This document shows, one piece after another, positions 1-7,282 of a stretch of DNA of 64,000 bases. The notes below the pieces were generated by a model. The model did not search any database. It was not told the origin of the DNA and worked only from the letters and a program-made list of their open reading frames with translations. Positions within the stretch are counted from its first letter, which is position 1, and each line of letters starts with the position of its first letter. Both the position numbers and the translations under genes were made by a program. This DNA comes from a virus. The stretch lies in IMG/VR virus record IMGVR_UViG_3300040816_000831; one strand, written 5' to 3'.

Positions 1-268
1 TTAAAGAGTTTTCGATATACCATAAGCCAGTTGGTCCCTTGAATCCATGGTCCCAATATCTTACCCAAGGTAAGTCCTCACCATCTTTTGCTGGTAAGAA
101 TCTGACAACGGCATAACCGTTTCCTGCTTTATCTCTTGTAGGCTTCCAAAATCTATCATCCGCATAGGAATTAGTAGTTTCTGGTTTTGCTGAAGAGACT
201 GCTTCTGCTGCTTTTACGAGTTTGTCGATTGACGAGCCTCGCATGCTCTTTAGATTTTCTAGTGACAT
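1..268 (-). CDS. 32: Single-stranded DNA-binding protein gp32 (N-terminal part, runs off window)
   Basis: Manual translation MSLENLKSMRGSSIDKL...DDRFWKPTRDKAGNGYAVVRFLP...WVRYWDHGFKGPTGLWYIENSL; gp32 motifs; AGGAG SD; follows gp59. Confidence 0.93.
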   Translation of the reverse strand, partial: MSLENLKSMRGSSIDKLVKAAEAVSSAKPETTNSYADDRFWKPTRDKAGNGYAVVRFLPAKDGEDLPWVRYWDHGFKGPTGLWYIENSL

Positions 269-331
269 ATATTTCTCCTGTATTTACACTGTATTACTGA
301 ATTATCCACTTTATTCATTATATAATAGTAT

Positions 332-360
332 ATTATACCACACTTCTATGGTTTTGTAAA
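332..360 (-). promoter_or_regulatory. Sigma70-like phage promoter (TTTACA-N17-TATAAT, extended TG)
   Basis: Copy of a motif found 17 times in the window; upstream of gp32. Confidence 0.75.
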
Positions 361-939
361 GGTTTCTTTTAATAAATTTAAACATTTATTTCTATCAAAC
401 TTTACAAATGGTTTGTATTTCATAATTTTTCTATAAATATCAGGCCATATAATAGTGTCCGTAATATTTTTATTTTCGCGTTCTACAAATCCAATTATTG
501 AATCCAAGATAACTACTGTTTCCAATAGTATTTCTTCTTGCATCCAAAGCTTTATAATCAATGGATGATTATTATCTTCTGCTTCTAAAAGAGAATCAAA
601 CGATACATCCATATCATTAAGTTTATTTATATCAGTTTGAAACTGATACGTTAAAGATTCCATAATTTTTTTATGGTCTCTATAATATCTTTCTCCACCT
701 TCATTAAGCATATCACCGACATACTTAACGTCGTTTTTAAAGTTAGCTATATAAAAATCTTTTAATTCATTTTCATATGTCTTAGCTAGCTTTGCAAAGA
801 AAAACTTATCTTTTCGTTTAAAGAATGACGTAGGTTTTACTGAAGTCTTAAAATGATATTTAATCGCATCATATCCATCTGTTTCGAAATGTAATTTAAG
901 TGCGTTATATAATTTATAAGATTCAAATGGGTCATTCAT
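346..939 (-). CDS. 59: Helicase loader gp59
   Basis: YxxYxALKLHF..YD..KY and F.KRKDK.FF.KL motifs; T4 synteny 33-59-32. Confidence 0.85.
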   Translation of the reverse strand: MNDPFESYKLYNALKLHFETDGYDAIKYHFKTSVKPTSFFKRKDKFFFAKLAKTYENELKDFYIANFKNDVKYVGDMLNEGGERYYRDHKKIMESLTYQFQTDINKLNDMDVSFDSLLEAEDNNHPLIIKLWMQEEILLETVVILDSIIGFVERENKNITDTIIWPDIYRKIMKYKPFVKFDRNKCLNLLKETFTKP

Positions 940-1187
940 AGAGGTAGTTTATTACCTCTCTTTGATTTAATTAAATGTAAGCCTGAAGCTTCTTCTTCAA
1001 TCTTTTGCTTTAAAGAATCTGTTAAGAGCTTCTTAAGATTTTTATAATCCATACCTCTTTGTTCTACGACATAAGATGCTGCATCGATATATGACATACT
1101 ATTATTTGCTACAAGATGCTCTACTGCTGCAGAGAATCTCTTCTTTGTCATAATCTTTTGCTCTATTGGATTATCTTTATCCGACAA
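936..1187 (-). CDS. 33: Late transcription coactivator gp33 (start uncertain: TTG 1187 or ATG 1151)
   Basis: F...VE......SYIDA...LL..SLK.KIEEEA..L.L pattern; synteny. Confidence 0.8.
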   Translation of the reverse strand: MSDKDNPIEQKIMTKKRFSAAVEHLVANNSMSYIDAASYVVEQRGMDYKNLKKLLTDSLKQKIEEEASGLHLIKSKRGNKLPL

Positions 1188-1698
1188 ACTCTTCACCTTC
1201 ATTCCAAGCACAACCTGTAAGACCACCTGCTTGTAAAGCTTTCAATGTTCTTAATACTTCTTGTGCGTTTCTTCCTGTATCTAAAGCGTTAATAGATACA
1301 TGTTGTATAACTCTATTCTTATCAAAGATAAATGTTGCTCTGTATGGAACACCTTCATCTTCATTAACAATACCTAGTTGATGTGATAGTCCTAATCCAC
1401 AGTCAGCTGCTAATGTATGATTAATAGTACCAATTAAATTATTATCTTGTTTCCAAGCTAATTTACAGAACTCATTATCTCCACTTATTCCAATAACATT
1501 AGCATCATCGACTAAACAGTCAAACCCAGCTATTTCTGTTGGACATATAAAGGTAAAGTCCTTAGGATAGAAATAAACTACACTCCACTGTTTTTTCTGT
1601 GGCATATAACTTTCGTTTACTTCAACTCTCACAAATTCATTTTTTTCGTTAATTCCTTGCAGTGAGAATGCAGGAAACTTTTCTCCGACTGATAGCAT
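1177..1698 (-). CDS. ahpC: Peroxiredoxin (AhpC family)
   Basis: YFYPKDFTFICPTE peroxidatic motif, RATFI, GRN. Confidence 0.92.
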   Translation of the reverse strand: MLSVGEKFPAFSLQGINEKNEFVRVEVNESYMPQKKQWSVVYFYPKDFTFICPTEIAGFDCLVDDANVIGISGDNEFCKLAWKQDNNLIGTINHTLAADCGLGLSHQLGIVNEDEGVPYRATFIFDKNRVIQHVSINALDTGRNAQEVLRTLKALQAGGLTGCAWNEGEEFVG

Positions 1699-1707
1699 AT
1701 TATCCTC

Positions 1708-2829
1708 CTAAAATACTCTCATTAATATACAGTCAGCATTAACTCTGCCTGTTGGTTTATCTATTTTTGTTGTTAATGTATCCCAAATCTTTTCAATTTG
1801 TTTTTCTGTTTTATTTAAAATCATTGGTAGTATTTCATCTGGCTTTCTTAAAGTAGCTTGTCTAGACTCTTTAGTAAAGTTTTTTACTGAAGTGCCTGAT
1901 ACTTCGAAGCCACTTACTGAGTCTGTAAAGTATTCAATAAGTTTCTTGTTCTTTCTATTATAGACATACAGCTTGTGTTTGCCAGGTATCATTACAGGAT
2001 TAATCGAGGTTAACTTAACGTCGTTATCTTCTGTACAATACTTTAACTTACTAACCTGTTGGTCTGAAGCTTTAACTTTCTTAGCTCTTGGTAGTTTAGT
2101 AGCCTTAAACGAATCTTTTAATCTATCTAAATCAGCAAATATTTCTCTAAACTGCTTAAGTATTTTATTTTTTTCGCCTTTAGTCCAGTGAGAATAAGCT
2201 TCGACACATTGGTCGCAAGTCTTTTCATATGCCTCATTGATGTTATTATATTCAGTATCTAATAATTCTCTGAATATCTTGATGGCATTACCTTTTAAGT
2301 TATGACCTTTAAATCTGTTATAAGCACTAAACTTTCTATTAAAGTCTCCTTCTAACCAACCTTCAACTATTTCTAAATCAAAATCAGCGTATATAGTATC
2401 CATCACTTTTCTGCGAGTTCTTTCAGCAGGACTGATAACAACTACTACAGCTTTTTTAGCTTCTTCGACTTTCTTTTCTTTTAAGCCGATTTTATATTGA
2501 ACATTAATAAAATCTTTAATCTTATCTAATTGTTCATCTGAATAGACCCATCCTCTATAATGTAGTTTAATCAGTTTATTAACTGACATAAATTTATAGT
2601 CTTTAAGTCTTTTAAGTACTGCTACTTTCTTTTTATCGTATCCACAATAGTCCATTGCAAACTGATAAGTTGTAGGCATGTAATCCTTAGTCTTATAAAA
2701 ATAGTTATACCATGAAGCTCCTCTTGTCCACTCTCTATCGTTGAACTCTGATTCCTTAGTATAAATTGGTTCTGGTCCAAGATACTTATCATCTAGACTT
2801 GGTCCTCTTTTTCTTTTATTTGCTGCCAT
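1708..2829 (-). CDS. Conserved T4-like phage protein, unknown function
   Basis: 373 aa ORF with own promoter and AAGGAG SD; C-terminal TLRKP...GRVN motif. Confidence 0.7.
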   Translation of the reverse strand: MAANKRKRGPSLDDKYLGPEPIYTKESEFNDREWTRGASWYNYFYKTKDYMPTTYQFAMDYCGYDKKKVAVLKRLKDYKFMSVNKLIKLHYRGWVYSDEQLDKIKDFINVQYKIGLKEKKVEEAKKAVVVVISPAERTRRKVMDTIYADFDLEIVEGWLEGDFNRKFSAYNRFKGHNLKGNAIKIFRELLDTEYNNINEAYEKTCDQCVEAYSHWTKGEKNKILKQFREIFADLDRLKDSFKATKLPRAKKVKASDQQVSKLKYCTEDNDVKLTSINPVMIPGKHKLYVYNRKNKKLIEYFTDSVSGFEVSGTSVKNFTKESRQATLRKPDEILPMILNKTEKQIEKIWDTLTTKIDKPTGRVNADCILMRVF

Positions 2830-2855
2830 ATTTCTCCTTAATTGTTTATATGTAT

Positions 2856-2884
2856 ATTATAACACATTTTAAGTCGTTTGTAAA
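2856..2884 (-). promoter_or_regulatory. Sigma70-like phage promoter
   Basis: TTTACA-N17-TATAAT. Confidence 0.75.
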
Positions 2885-2904
2885 CGATTTTTGTGAATAA
2901 AGGT

Positions 2905-2952
2905 GGCCGAGCCTCTGCGGGTGATAAGGAGTCGCATTGTTGAGACTCAGCC
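2905..2952 (-). ncRNA. Structured RNA element with anti-Shine-Dalgarno loop (candidate 3'UTR-derived sRNA)
   Basis: GGCUGAGUCUC/GAGGCUCGGCC 11-bp stem with two G-U pairs, inner UGCG/CGCA stem, loop ACUCCUUAUCAC; GC-rich island in intergenic DNA. Confidence 0.55.
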
Positions 2953-2961
2953 GTTGACATA

Positions 2962-3084
2962 TTAATCTTTCTCCCAAGGTAATGGGATTTGTTTTCCTTT
3001 TCTTTGTTCTTCAGCGACATGGCTTGACATGTATGCAAACACCATTGCTCCTATTGTAATTAATATAGTAAAAAATGTATTCAT
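2962..3084 (-). CDS. Small membrane protein (40 aa), not in ORF track
   Basis: MNTFFTILITIGAMVFAYMSSHVAEEQRKGKQIPLPWEKD; TAATG coupling to upstream gene, GAGGAG SD. Confidence 0.65.
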   Translation of the reverse strand: MNTFFTILITIGAMVFAYMSSHVAEEQRKGKQIPLPWEKD

Positions 3085-3440
3085 TAGTTTCTCCTCATAT
3101 TAGCAATATCAGTTGCTTCTTCTTGAGAGATAACTGGTACAGCATTTGATTTATGCATAGTGGCAATACCTTTTACTAAGGTGCCAGTATACTTCATTGT
3201 TTCTTTTTTACTACAATCGCTAGCGATTTCATGGTAATTACCATTCTTCATATATTCTTCCATTAAGGAATTATATTGTACAGCTTGTCTTTCTCGTATC
3301 TTATTTAATTGAGATTCTCTTAAAGCTGCTGATTGAAAAGCCACTGGCTTCTTTTTAACTCTATTAGCTGCGTGGTTTTTTCTCTTCCTTCCACAAGGTG
3401 AATACCTTAGTGAACCCATATAGAAGCTCGTAACAGCCAT
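3084..3440 (-). CDS. Conserved phage hypothetical protein
   Basis: C-terminal YTGTLVKGIATMHKSNAVP motif typical of marine T4-like phages. Confidence 0.7.
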   Translation of the reverse strand: MAVTSFYMGSLRYSPCGRKRKNHAANRVKKKPVAFQSAALRESQLNKIRERQAVQYNSLMEEYMKNGNYHEIASDCSKKETMKYTGTLVKGIATMHKSNAVPVISQEEATDIANMRRN

Positions 3441-3571
3441 TACTTAGGACCTCCATTATGTCCAATCATTGATTTTTCTTGTTGTTCTTTTTTCCATCTT
3501 AAAAAATCAAGTGCAACTTCTCTTGTGGTGTGTGTTAACGTACTCACTGGACGTCTTTTTTTATTTTTCAT
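3440..3571 (-). CDS. Small basic protein (43 aa), not in ORF track
   Basis: MKNKKRRPVSTL...SMIGHNGGPK; fills gap exactly with ATGA and TAATG couplings. Confidence 0.65.
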   Translation of the reverse strand: MKNKKRRPVSTLTHTTREVALDFLRWKKEQQEKSMIGHNGGPK

Positions 3572-3816
3572 AATCTGTAAATTTGTCCTAATATATTATC
3601 TACTTCGGGGTCATTCAAATGACCAATAACATCATTGGTTATTTCAGTGTCATAACAAAGTTCGCCTTCGTGTAAAACAGCAAGTTCCCATAGACTTTTT
3701 TTATATCCATAAGAACCTTTGTGCTTGATTACACTTGCACCATAACCATTTGGAAATCTATATACTTTTTGTATACCTTCCATGTGATTGTTTGTTTCTA
3801 TTAGATATTCGTTCAT
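3568..3816 (-). CDS. Phage hypothetical protein
   Basis: YRFPNGYGASV...LWELAVL motif; directly behind promoter. Confidence 0.7.
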   Translation of the reverse strand: MNEYLIETNNHMEGIQKVYRFPNGYGASVIKHKGSYGYKKSLWELAVLHEGELCYDTEITNDVIGHLNDPEVDNILGQIYRL

Positions 3817-3823
3817 AATGTAT

Positions 3824-3852
3824 ATTATATCATACTTTTTTGTAAATGTAAA
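3824..3852 (-). promoter_or_regulatory. Sigma70-like phage promoter
   Basis: TTTACA-N17-TATAAT. Confidence 0.75.
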
Positions 3853-3861
3853 GGATTATTT

Positions 3862-4134
3862 TTAGCTATTTTGTGAATAAGCACTAATTAAATCATCGCC
3901 TGTCATTTCATATTTTGTAAATAAGAATGTTTCGCCGTTTGATAAAGTTCTTTCAACAAGGCCATTATTATATTCCTTATCAATAACTCTTTTACCACTT
4001 TCAGTATCTTGCGGTCTATTATCATACCACATTGAACTTAATGAATGAGCATGTAATGATTTAACACCTTTTGCCCAGTCTTCAGCTGCTAGTTTAATTC
4101 GTTGCTTTTCAACTCTTTCGTCGTATTGGCCCAT
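3862..4134 (-). CDS. Hypothetical early protein
   Basis: ORF with AAGGA SD in packed operon. Confidence 0.6.
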   Translation of the reverse strand: MGQYDERVEKQRIKLAAEDWAKGVKSLHAHSLSSMWYDNRPQDTESGKRVIDKEYNNGLVERTLSNGETFLFTKYEMTGDDLISAYSQNS

Positions 4135-4274
4135 TGTCCTTTTTCTCCTCTTTCTGCTAATTTAATTAATTGTAATCTTTTTTGTTCCCATAACAATTTA
4201 AAGTCTGGGTCCTGTGCTCTATCTCTTGCATCTTGCAAAGAGATTAATTTGTGTAATACACTCATTAGTTCCAC
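4089..4274 (-). CDS. Hypothetical early protein
   Basis: Fills operon gap. Confidence 0.5.
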   Translation of the reverse strand: MELMSVLHKLISLQDARDRAQDPDFKLLWEQKRLQLIKLAERGEKGQWANTTKELKSNELN

Positions 4275-4573
4275 TCCTGGTCTAGTTTAGACGCGTGATA
4301 AGCATCCATATAAGTTGTATCTTGTAAAAACCTAGATACATCTTTTTCTGAATGATACATATTTTCTGGTGAATTGAAATCTAAAGAGCCTGGCATATGT
4401 TCCCCAGCTTTTTTGACAGAAGCTGTAAGCCTCTTGTGTAATTTCATTTCTTCTTTTTGTTTAGTTTTAATTGCTGCTTTTCGAGCATCTAGATTTGAAA
4501 TAATATCTTTCATTTCATACTCTTCTTTTATTTGCAGCAATTCAGCTTTTAGCTTATCAAATGTTTTAGTCAT
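4265..4573 (-). CDS. Hypothetical early protein
   Basis: GGAG SD, coupled ORF. Confidence 0.6.
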   Translation of the reverse strand: MTKTFDKLKAELLQIKEEYEMKDIISNLDARKAAIKTKQKEEMKLHKRLTASVKKAGEHMPGSLDFNSPENMYHSEKDVSRFLQDTTYMDAYHASKLDQEWN

Positions 4574-4766
4574 TTAAATATTCTCCTTCAATTAAATTAG
4601 ACCATGTACCACCCATACCAAATGGCGCGTACTGTAATTTTGTGACAACGCATTGATTGTCATATTGCTTTTTTTGTTTACCTTGAATATATTTAGCGAG
4701 TGACTTTGCTTTATTCTCGTCCTCTGCATAGATATATGACTCAGTTGTAATTAAAAATCTTTCCAT
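4566..4766 (-). CDS. Hypothetical early protein
   Basis: TAAGGAGT SD. Confidence 0.6.
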   Translation of the reverse strand: MERFLITTESYIYAEDENKAKSLAKYIQGKQKKQYDNQCVVTKLQYAPFGMGGTWSNLIEGEYLND

Positions 4767-4776
4767 AATTTACTCC

Positions 4777-5286
4777 TTAAAATGTTATGTTTCTTTCAAT
4801 TCTTGATTCTACTACTGCATTCTCTTTGAGCCATGCTCCAGCTTCTTTATCGCCAACACAAAAATCGCCGTCTTCCATTAAGAATTCTTTCTTATAGTTT
4901 TCACGGTCGTTAGTCCATGTCTCAGTTGTTTCGAGAATTTCTTTTCTCATCCAACCATCTTCACGGTTATCAGTAATTTTGATGAAATTAACATCACCAA
5001 AAAGGTCAAAAGAAAACTCTGTGACTGAATCCCAGTCAGCGCAAACTTGCTCTGTGTGAGGAACAACTTTTACGTCGTTGACGTATTCTTCTGAACCACC
5101 GTTTGACTTGACTAAGTCAGTGGTTATATATGGCTTGACTCTAGCCACGAGAGTAGCAATCTCATTTTCATTGAGCTCGCCGCAATTCGACATTACGTAA
5201 GTAGTGCCGCCCTTGAACTTCATGTACGGGTCTTTTGAATCCCCGTAGTTCTCGAGATATTGTGTGTGTATTACTAATTTTTTCAT
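4777..5286 (-). CDS. Hypothetical early protein
   Basis: First gene after promoter 5322-5350, GATAAGGAG SD; TQY.ENYG...KFKGG..Y motif. Confidence 0.7.
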   Translation of the reverse strand: MKKLVIHTQYLENYGDSKDPYMKFKGGTTYVMSNCGELNENEIATLVARVKPYITTDLVKSNGGSEEYVNDVKVVPHTEQVCADWDSVTEFSFDLFGDVNFIKITDNREDGWMRKEILETTETWTNDRENYKKEFLMEDGDFCVGDKEAGAWLKENAVVESRIERNITF

Positions 5287-5321
5287 ATTCTTAACTCCTT
5301 ATCAATTTTGAATATATGTAT

Positions 5322-5396
5322 ATTATAACATACTTTTGAGCAAATGTAAAGGTTTTTTTTCACTTTTTGGTGAAATAATTGTGAGAAAGTGTTGTT
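5322..5396 (-). promoter_or_regulatory. Early promoter with conserved ~45 bp upstream element
   Basis: TTTACA-N17-TATAAT plus upstream block shared with 41576-41648 and 63793-63866. Confidence 0.8.
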
Positions 5397-5402
5397 CTAT
5401 TC

Positions 5403-5528
5403 TCAAGTATTATCTCCATCTCTATATTTAATTCTTGACTTGTCAAACAGTCTATCTGCTTGTCTTTGCATAGACCTTTCGACTGCTTTATCAAGCCAAT
5501 TACGAAACCATTGCCTTATCTTACCCAT
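5403..5528 (-). CDS. Small hypothetical protein (41 aa)
   Basis: MGKIRQWFRNWLDK... starts right after HAD gene stop. Confidence 0.5.
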   Translation of the reverse strand: MGKIRQWFRNWLDKAVERSMQRQADRLFDKSRIKYRDGDNT

Positions 5529-5529
5529 C

Positions 5530-5967
5530 TTAAAAGTTCCCCGGTGCAACTTGAAAACATGGAATACCATTAGCTCTCCACATTTCAACAACCTGGTCTC
5601 TGTCATCAAATACCATGTCTGGTTTCCAGTCAGCTTTAATAAGCTCATCTAAAACTCTTTGTTTGAACTGATGGTCAGGCTCAAAGCTATCATCTGGTCT
5701 CATAAAAAGATGCGACCAAAATACGCCCATTGTCTGTTTAAGCTGATGCTCAGTCAACTCTCTTTGTCTTTCTTTACGAGCTGAAACAATAACTATTTCA
5801 TGGCCAGCGTCATACATTGATTCTGCAACTTCAAAGACATGCTCCATACGAGTGTCATCTTGTGTTGCTTCTTCAAAAGCTTTCCAATCAGTTGATACTC
5901 CTTCGACAAAATGTCTTCTGTGTTCAACATCCATTAATGTTCCATCTACATCAAATATTATTTTCAT
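5530..5967 (-). CDS. HAD phosphatase, polynucleotide kinase-phosphatase (PseT) 3'-phosphatase-like
   Basis: FDVDGTL, VSAR, LFMR...D..K, FDDRDQVVEMWR motifs. Confidence 0.85.
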   Translation of the reverse strand: MKIIFDVDGTLMDVEHRRHFVEGVSTDWKAFEEATQDDTRMEHVFEVAESMYDAGHEIVIVSARKERQRELTEHQLKQTMGVFWSHLFMRPDDSFEPDHQFKQRVLDELIKADWKPDMVFDDRDQVVEMWRANGIPCFQVAPGNF

Positions 5968-6257
5968 TATGCTACTACCTCTTGTAAATCGTTAACCCAA
6001 TATCCAGACATTCCAATTGCTGAATTATCGCAACCTTGTCCTTCAAAAAACCATTCGATATTAATACCTTTAAATGTTACGTAAGGTAAGATATATGTAT
6101 CATATTTAACTTCTTTGTTAATATCATTATTATACGCTCTTACTACGATATCTGTATCGTTGATTTCTTTGACATAGCCTTCGAAAGTTTTACCACTAGT
6201 TGTGAACTTGATGCCATCATCTTGTCCTACTAAATCTTTTATATCTACTATTCTCAT
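5967..6257 (-). CDS. Hypothetical early protein
   Basis: Coupled ORF (TAATG). Confidence 0.6.
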   Translation of the reverse strand: MRIVDIKDLVGQDDGIKFTTSGKTFEGYVKEINDTDIVVRAYNNDINKEVKYDTYILPYVTFKGINIEWFFEGQGCDNSAIGMSGYWVNDLQEVVA

Positions 6258-6556
6258 TATGCTACCTCTCTATAACCTGCTGCTTTACCATAAAAGCCAA
6301 GTGCTTCTAATTCTAGTACTATTTTATTGAACGCTAAACCTTCGTTATACTGAGGATAAATACCTACAGTCATTGGGTCGCTAATAAATAGTTGACATTG
6401 CTCTAACTCTGGATTTTTAGCAACGTACTCATTTACAATAGTTTTCCCTTTTGCAAAAAGTTTTTCGTCTCTAGTTCTTAATTCAAACTCTGTGATTTCA
6501 AAGCCTTTCTCTGTTAGTGATGGTTCTGGTTGGTTTCCTAATATTCTTATACTCAT
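6257..6556 (-). CDS. Hypothetical early protein
   Basis: First gene after promoter, GATAAGGAG SD. Confidence 0.65.
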   Translation of the reverse strand: MSIRILGNQPEPSLTEKGFEITEFELRTRDEKLFAKGKTIVNEYVAKNPELEQCQLFISDPMTVGIYPQYNEGLAFNKIVLELEALGFYGKAAGYREVA

Positions 6557-6589
6557 TTTAACTCCTTATCTTTTAAACTGTATAGGTAT

Positions 6590-6648
6590 ATTATACCCTA
6601 GTTGGGAGCAAATGTAAAGGACTTTTGGGAAAATAATGAAAATAATTA
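6590..6648 (-). promoter_or_regulatory. Early promoter with degenerate upstream element
   Basis: TTTACA-N17-TATAAT; upstream GAAAATAATT block on + strand. Confidence 0.7.
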
Positions 6649-6673
6649 CACAACAATCACTATGTCAGCAGTT

Positions 6674-7282
6674 TTAACCGCGTTTAGGACAATAAGGATT
6701 GTTTTTATTTTCACTAAGAAGTTTATAATTATTAATGACAACAGAACCTACTATTAAATTTATCAGTGTAAGGTCCTCATCAGTATAAATTTCCGCCTTA
6801 GGGTGAAATATAGTGGACATAAAAATAATCTTATGAAGAATTAAACGGTCTTTATGAGGAACGCTTGGTAAAGTTGGATTGCGCTCTTGTATACAAGAAT
6901 ATTTTAGCCCTTTTATTGTTGAATGAACATCTAATGCATTTAGTATATACCATGTAATCCATACCTTTTTATCTCGATTATATTGCTGGTGTGTATATGG
7001 TGACTTTTTCGCTTTTTCCTTTGACCAGGATTCGATCGACTTCAGCGAATTCTCGAGATGTACAGCTTCGATAAGTTTCTGGTCCCAACAACACTCGAAT
7101 CCCATCATAATTTCTTGTTTGGCCTTCGAGTCTAGCACCAAGGTTGACGGCATCTCCAATGACGGAATAGTCAAATCTAGATTCGCTTCCCATGTTTCCG
7201 ACGATGCATGTGCCGGTATTGATACCAATGCCAATATCAATCCTAGGTAAACCTTGGTCTTCAAGTTGTTGTATAAGTTCAT
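6674..7282 (-). CDS. Putative secreted/membrane protein overlapping the cyclase 3' end
   Basis: Signal-peptide-like KTKVYLGLILALVSIPAHA; C-terminal LD..ST..GL....E.NP membrane motif; GAGG SD before ATG 7282. Confidence 0.55.
   Translation of the reverse strand: MNLYNNLKTKVYLGLILALVSIPAHASSETWEANLDLTIPSLEMPSTLVLDSKAKQEIMMGFECCWDQKLIEAVHLENSLKSIESWSKEKAKKSPYTHQQYNRDKKVWITWYILNALDVHSTIKGLKYSCIQERNPTLPSVPHKDRLILHKIIFMSTIFHPKAEIYTDEDLTLINLIVGSVVINNYKLLSENKNNPYCPKRG

Noticed and set aside
269-330. gp32 autoregulatory leader (AATACAG twice)
   Set aside because: Only a short duplicated 7-mer; no pseudoknot discernible
2838-3038. 66-aa ORF in track
   Set aside because: Runs through a hairpin and promoter and conflicts with the better-coupled 40-aa ORF 2962-3084
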